Assembly: GCA_963664815.2 (NCBI GenBank)
Contig: CAXXHB010000003.1
Location: forward strand, 1,536,001-1,600,000
Direction: 5' to 3'
DNA length: 64,000 nt
Source: Spirochaetota bacterium
Lineage (GTDB): Bacteria; Spirochaetota; UBA4802; UBA5550
Positions 59,379-64,000 of this stretch are shown here, piece by piece. Position 1 is the stretch's first letter; each line of letters begins with the position of its first letter. Under the pieces are notes generated by a model that did no database searches, was not told the DNA's origin, and was given only the letters and a program-made list of their open reading frames with translations. The position numbers were made by a program, and so were the translations under genes.

Positions 59379-59421
59379 GCAGCGTGTTTGAGGCGAAATT
59401 GAAGCGAAATGTAAGCGAAAC
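59279..59421. repeat. Degenerate 11-bp periodic array
   Basis: 13 in-phase 11-mers, e.g. tgaaaaccgtt/tcaataccgtt/tcaactccgtt and tgaggcgaaat/tgaagcgaaat/gtaagcgaaac. Confidence 0.6.
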
Positions 59422-59841
59422 TGAATACTCTGTAAACAGAGTCGGGATTTTGTCATAAATCTGCCTTGAATTTGAATCTGAATCAGCTGATGCACGACGA
59501 AAGCATGTTCGTGTACAGGACTTCCTGTCTGCAGAAAATCCTGCCTGTCTCTATAATCCTGTAATCGTGTTCAGACGATTGATATTTTTTAAATATTAAA
59601 AAAGTATTGAAATATTGATAATTCTATTATGGATTAATAACCGACTGCAGTTATGAATAAAAATTACATTCATATAGATCCATCTGACAATTTTCATCCT
59701 GCTGTAAAATTCATGTATAATCGGAAATTGTTTGCAGTCATCTGTCCATGAATGAGGGCAGAATAAAATATTATTAGCTTTTGCCACAAACGATAACATC
59801 GGCTGACAGCGAGCAGTTGTAAAATCAGCTTCAGATGGCTT

Positions 59842-59940
59842 GTGCCGTATGAAGGGCGACCGGAGGAAGTATCTGTGGTAAAACATTTACGTACAGTTCT
59901 TATGGAGGAAAGGTGGTGTGAGATCTCTAACCTGTCAGAC
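59842..59940 (+). mobile_element. Degenerate group II intron domain V/VI relic
   Basis: GTGCCGTATGAAGGG..AAACATTTACGTACAGTTC resembles D5 GAGCCGTATGAAGGGAAACTTTCACGTACGGTTC; D6-like TTATGGAGGAAAGG...AACCTGTCAGAC. Confidence 0.7.
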
Positions 59941-60004
59941 TACTTGGCTAAACTTTAATCAATCCGGACAATCTTAAACCTTAAAAAGATGGAGTTAAAA
60001 TTAT

Positions 60005-61396
60005 ATGATACAGGATAAATTGTTTAATGAAATAAAAAATAAAACAATATTTAGCCTTGCCAATGAGTATGGTATAGAATTTTTAGAAAAAATATTCGAT
60101 AGAAATGTATTCCCTGAAAAAAAAGCTCTTGAAGCTCTTACAGTTTTTGACGAAGAATTTCCTGAAAATTTTACACGTTCTGAAGACATACTTAATCTTT
60201 TAAACCACTATGGTTCACCTGCATGTTGTGCTCAAGTTGGTGGAAGATATTTTGGTTTTGTTAATGGAAGTGTTGTACCGGCAGGTCTTGCTGCAAGATT
60301 AATGACAGATTTCTGGGACCAGAATACAGCTATGCAGGTTATTTCACCTATATCATCTAAACTGGAGACAGTAGTGCAAAAATGGTTAAGGCAGATTCTG
60401 AATTTACCGGATAAAACAGTTGCAGGTTTTGTAAGCGGGACATCAATGGCGACCTTTTGCGGATTAGCCGCTGCAAGATATAGATTATTGAAAAAAAAAG
60501 ATTGGGATATCAATGATAAAGGCTTATTCGGAGCACCCATGATCAGAGTTATTGCAGGGGAACATGCTCATTCAACTGTTCTGAAGGCTATAGGGCTATT
60601 GGGTTTTGGTAAGGATAATATTGAATGGTCAGATTCAGATGCTGAAGGGCGAATTATTCCTGAAAATCTGCCGGTTCTTGACGACAACACAATTCTCATT
60701 TTGCAGGCAGGGAATGTAAATACAGGATCTTTTGATAATTTTAATATCATTTGCGATAAAGCCAATTCTGCAGGTGCATGGATACACATTGATGGTGCTT
60801 TTGGACTTTGGGCGGGTGCTGCTGAAAAGCTTAAAGACCTCACTTCAGGAATTGAAAAAGCTAATTCCTGGAGTGTTGATGGTCATAAAACATTGAATAC
60901 ACCTTATGATAATGGAATTATATTATGCCGGGATGAAGAGGCGTTAGTTTCTGCTCTTCATATGGCCGGTTCCTATATTATTCATGGAGATGAACGTGAT
61001 GGAATGTTCTACACTCCTGAAATGTCCAGACGAGCAAGAATTTTTGAATTATGGGCAACATTGAAATCATTAGGACGAACTGGTCTGGATGAAATGATTT
61101 ACGGGATGCACCAGAGAGCCAAACAATTTGCAAAAGAATTAAATTCAGAAGGATTCGAAATACTGAATGAAGTTTGTTTCAACCAGGTTCTCGTACATTA
61201 CAAAAGTAATGAAATTACAATGAAAATATTAAAACTGATTCAGGAATTCAGAATTTGTTGGTGTGGTGGTTCAAAATGGGACGGGAAGGATGTTATCCGG
61301 ATTAGTGTTAGTTCCTGGGCAACTACAGAAGAAGATGTAAATATATCAGTTAAATCATTTGTAAAAGCAAGAAAAATCATCGAAAGCAATATTTGA
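60005..61396 (+). CDS. PLP-dependent group II amino-acid decarboxylase
   Basis: RYFGFVNG, HSTV.KA, AGNVNTG, WIHIDGAFG, DGHKTLN (PLP lysine), SRRAR. Confidence 0.88.
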   Translation: MIQDKLFNEIKNKTIFSLANEYGIEFLEKIFDRNVFPEKKALEALTVFDEEFPENFTRSEDILNLLNHYGSPACCAQVGGRYFGFVNGSVVPAGLAARLMTDFWDQNTAMQVISPISSKLETVVQKWLRQILNLPDKTVAGFVSGTSMATFCGLAAARYRLLKKKDWDINDKGLFGAPMIRVIAGEHAHSTVLKAIGLLGFGKDNIEWSDSDAEGRIIPENLPVLDDNTILILQAGNVNTGSFDNFNIICDKANSAGAWIHIDGAFGLWAGAAEKLKDLTSGIEKANSWSVDGHKTLNTPYDNGIILCRDEEALVSALHMAGSYIIHGDERDGMFYTPEMSRRARIFELWATLKSLGRTGLDEMIYGMHQRAKQFAKELNSEGFEILNEVCFNQVLVHYKSNEITMKILKLIQEFRICWCGGSKWDGKDVIRISVSSWATTEEDVNISVKSFVKARKIIESNI

Positions 61397-61869
61397 GGAA
61401 ATTAAAATTATTCTAATATTTTTCTTTGATAATTACTGTTAAATGCCGGGCACTACACATAACTTATGGAAGTCTAAACGTAGATGCCCATAAAAAAATC
61501 GTAATTCTTTATTAAAGGTATATAAATATTATACAGATAGTTTTAAATTTCAGACAGCGGCTATGCTGAGACTTTTGTCAGACGAAAACACTGATATCTG
61601 ACAGAACATGCTTTGAAAATACTCAGAACAGCCGTAGGAATTTGAATCCCATTTAAAACGTGAATTCATATTCACTCTTTTATAAAAATATATTGCTTTT
61701 TATATAATTCATAAGAAGAACATCCTTTTATTATTTCTGTGTAGCATTCTGAAAATTTATGCGTATCATCCTCTGCTTGTCAGTTAGACACCGGCAGGTG
61801 AGCCTTTTATACGCAGCATAATCAAAACGCTGCACAGAATTCAGAAGCTTATAAATAAAGGAGACAAGT

Positions 61870-62214
61870 ATGACAGGAAAAATGAGGAAGGATTATGCCG
61901 TAATCGGTTTGCTTTTAATCCTGATGTCAGTTGGAGTGGATTATCTTTATAATCGTTTTGTCGGGGGGCAGAAGTTTTCTGATCAGTTAATCTATTATTT
62001 CTTAACAGTGATTCTTGCTTTCTATACTGCTTTAAATAAAACCTGGGCAAAATGGGTACAAAGTATTCTGTTGCTTATAAGCGGAGTTCTGTCTCTGATA
62101 TTCTTCCTTGTTTATATGTCAAAAAATTTCGTCGGGTCTCTTTTACTTCTGGTAATGGGTGTATTGTTTACTTTTTCCGGAGTATACATCATTAAAACAA
62201 GAAATAAAGTCTGA
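61870..62214 (+). CDS. Small 4-TM membrane protein
   Basis: AAGGAG RBS; four hydrophobic segments. Confidence 0.7.
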   Translation: MTGKMRKDYAVIGLLLILMSVGVDYLYNRFVGGQKFSDQLIYYFLTVILAFYTALNKTWAKWVQSILLLISGVLSLIFFLVYMSKNFVGSLLLLVMGVLFTFSGVYIIKTRNKV

Positions 62215-62499
62215 CTTTTGTTTGATGAAACCGCTGACATCGGGCAGAACATATAGGCAGATATAATATTCTTTCAGAGATATATTTAAACCAGCTTGAA
62301 CATTGCTGAACAGATGATTTTACAATGGAATATTAAGATATATATTTGTTATAAAAAATAACATATGGAACTTTTTAAAGATTTTCCGGGTCTAATAAAA
62401 AAATATAAAATAAAAACTACAGTTTTAAACCAGGTAAAATCTTAAGTAATTTATTTCCTGAGTTTACTGACCATTTTTATCAACTTGCCGGAGAACCCT

Positions 62500-63129
62500 A
62501 TGCTGAAAATAACCCGTTACATTATTCCTCTTTTTATACTTTCATTTTTAATATCCTGCAAAAGCTTTGATAGATCTCTTATCACAAACAAGGCGTATAT
62601 TGACCCAGGTGTTCCCCCGATGCGTGTGGTTGTTAATAAAAGCAGTATAAATTACTGTTTTGTTGAGCATCGAAGGGTTTTAGATTATTCAGATCCATAT
62701 ATAATTTTAGACTGTTCAGATTCAGATAGAAGTGATATCAGCGATGTTATTAAAAATAATTTAACATTTCCCGGAGAACCGGGAGATAATTATTTAAGCG
62801 TGATAGTGAGAAGAGTTGAAGGTGACTACAACGGAGCATGGTTTTGTTTATTCCTTCCGAATTTAGGTCTTGTTTTCCCCTTTGCAACAAAAACATTGTC
62901 GGTGGAACTGGATGCTGCAGTTATGAGTTCTGACGGACATATACTTAAAAGATTTCATTCAACAGGGAATGACTGGGAAAGGGCCGGCGGTATCGGCGGG
63001 TATGACATAGGCGGAAGGGATATCAGGAAAGCAACATATACAAAGGCTATTATTGACGCATGTGAGAACCTGCGGAACCAGCTTAAAAAAGATGCAATTG
63101 ATAATAATCTTATGAAACAGGTGAAATGA
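62500..63129 (+). CDS. Putative lipoprotein; ATG 62500 preferred
   Basis: GGAG RBS, lipobox LISC, internal hydrophobic hairpin. Confidence 0.7.
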   Translation: MLKITRYIIPLFILSFLISCKSFDRSLITNKAYIDPGVPPMRVVVNKSSINYCFVEHRRVLDYSDPYIILDCSDSDRSDISDVIKNNLTFPGEPGDNYLSVIVRRVEGDYNGAWFCLFLPNLGLVFPFATKTLSVELDAAVMSSDGHILKRFHSTGNDWERAGGIGGYDIGGRDIRKATYTKAIIDACENLRNQLKKDAIDNNLMKQVK

Positions 63130-63130
63130 T

Positions 63131-63541
63131 ATGAAAATCAGAATATTAATTTCATTGATCTTTATTACTTGTGTAAGTGTTTTTATTTCATGCAGTTCTG
63201 TGTCAAGAACTTACACTGGCGGTCATACTTTATCCGGAAATGATGATTCAAAGCAGTTAAAAAACTCCGAAAATCAGCCGGAAACAAATAACATAATAGT
63301 TCAGCCGGGGAAAATAGTCGGTACCATATCCTCTATAAATTACAGGAAGAATGAAGTTGTGGTGCATCAGAATAAAGTAATTGACCTTGGTTCTGTAGTA
63401 TATATAATCATAGACAATAAAGAAATAGTGATGAATGTTACGTTTCCCATGCTGAACTCATTCAAATGTGTAGTAGTTCCAAATCAGGTGCAGTACCTGA
63501 AAAGAATGAAGAATGGAATGACAGTATATATCAAAGAGTGA
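63131..63541 (+). CDS. Putative lipoprotein consisting mainly of the 'TFPM' module
   Basis: Lipobox FISC, polar linker, then VGTISSIN...VTFPML...GMTVY. Confidence 0.75.
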   Translation: MKIRILISLIFITCVSVFISCSSVSRTYTGGHTLSGNDDSKQLKNSENQPETNNIIVQPGKIVGTISSINYRKNEVVVHQNKVIDLGSVVYIIIDNKEIVMNVTFPMLNSFKCVVVPNQVQYLKRMKNGMTVYIKE

Positions 63542-63597
63542 TATTGGTATGATCCTATAAATATCTATCAGAGTTCAGATTATACAGGAGAAATTTT

Positions 63598-64000
63598 ATG
63601 TGCGGAATAATTAAATTCAGGACAGTCCTTGTAGTATGTCTATTGCTGGCTTTCTGCAGTGCCGGATATACAAAAGAAGGCCCTTATGTCGGTAAAATAG
63701 GCTCTGTAAATAAAGGAACAAAAGAGATAACAGTAAATACTGAAAGTGATAAGGGTCTCAAGCTCGATGATCAGGTATATGTCAGGGTGGATGGTAAACC
63801 TGTAATTATGAGAATAACCTTCCCAATGCTGACTGTGTCAAAATCTAAACTTGAAAAAGGCTATGAAAAATATCTGGAATCAATTGCTGAAGGTATGTCG
63901 GTATATAAGTATAATAAGAAGCTGCTGGCTGAAAAGGATAAGGATTCAGTTGAATCCGGATTAACAGGGAAGAATGTATTTGATCATCATGTCATAACTG
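63598..64000 (+). CDS. Exported protein with N-terminal 'TFPM' module, truncated by the window end (absent from the ORF track)
   Basis: AGGAG RBS; MCGIIKFRTVLVVCLLLAFCSAGYTKEGPYVGKIGSVN...RITFPMLT...GMSVYKY; open to 64000. Confidence 0.8.
   Translation, partial: MCGIIKFRTVLVVCLLLAFCSAGYTKEGPYVGKIGSVNKGTKEITVNTESDKGLKLDDQVYVRVDGKPVIMRITFPMLTVSKSKLEKGYEKYLESIAEGMSVYKYNKKLLAEKDKDSVESGLTGKNVFDHHVIT

Noticed and set aside
59596-59886. 96-aa minus-strand ORF as an intron-encoded protein fragment
   Set aside because: Opposite strand to the D5/D6 relic and no RT or maturase motifs
369-62050. Numerous 60-150-aa ORFs antisense to or nested in long genes
   Set aside because: Shadow ORFs without RBS or motifs, overlapping well-supported genes

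Overview
AT-rich chromosomal window from a spirochaete. It carries cfpA, lipobox-bearing exported proteins and Leptospira-like flgG-flgA-flgH-flgI-flgJ and flgN-flgK-flgL-fliW-csrA clusters, together with anaerobic fermentative genes (nifJ PFOR, ptb-buk). An anaerobic relative of the Leptospirae is therefore inferred. Most of the window is housekeeping: cobB, mutL, coaC/coaB, amrB/amrA, lolE/D, hemW, pgk, tatC, a yedF selenium-type cluster, a hybrid kinase, TetR and an acyl-CoA transferase. An accessory region starts at about 57 kb. Features missing from the ORF track: a 6S RNA (24858-25030, -), tatA (55440-55589), a 3'-truncated ORF at 63598 and a group II intron domain V/VI relic. Strongest leads: (1) downstream of cfpA, a protein with a cryptic HPr-like domain is paired with a PPDK homologue whose ATP-grasp site is degenerate but whose phospho-His and PEP sites are intact, suggesting a PTS-like PEP-driven phosphorelay beside the cytoskeletal gene; (2) a 73-codon basic ORF with an ArfA/BrfA-like Y-x-R-K-x-K-H motif and an intrinsic terminator inside its coding sequence, a candidate tmRNA-gated ribosome-rescue factor; (3) an unrecognised ~75-aa 'TFPM' module shared by three exported proteins; (4) a small basic protein gene whose tail runs into an 11-bp-periodic, partly inverted array. 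All calls come from reading the sequence by eye; no searches were run.
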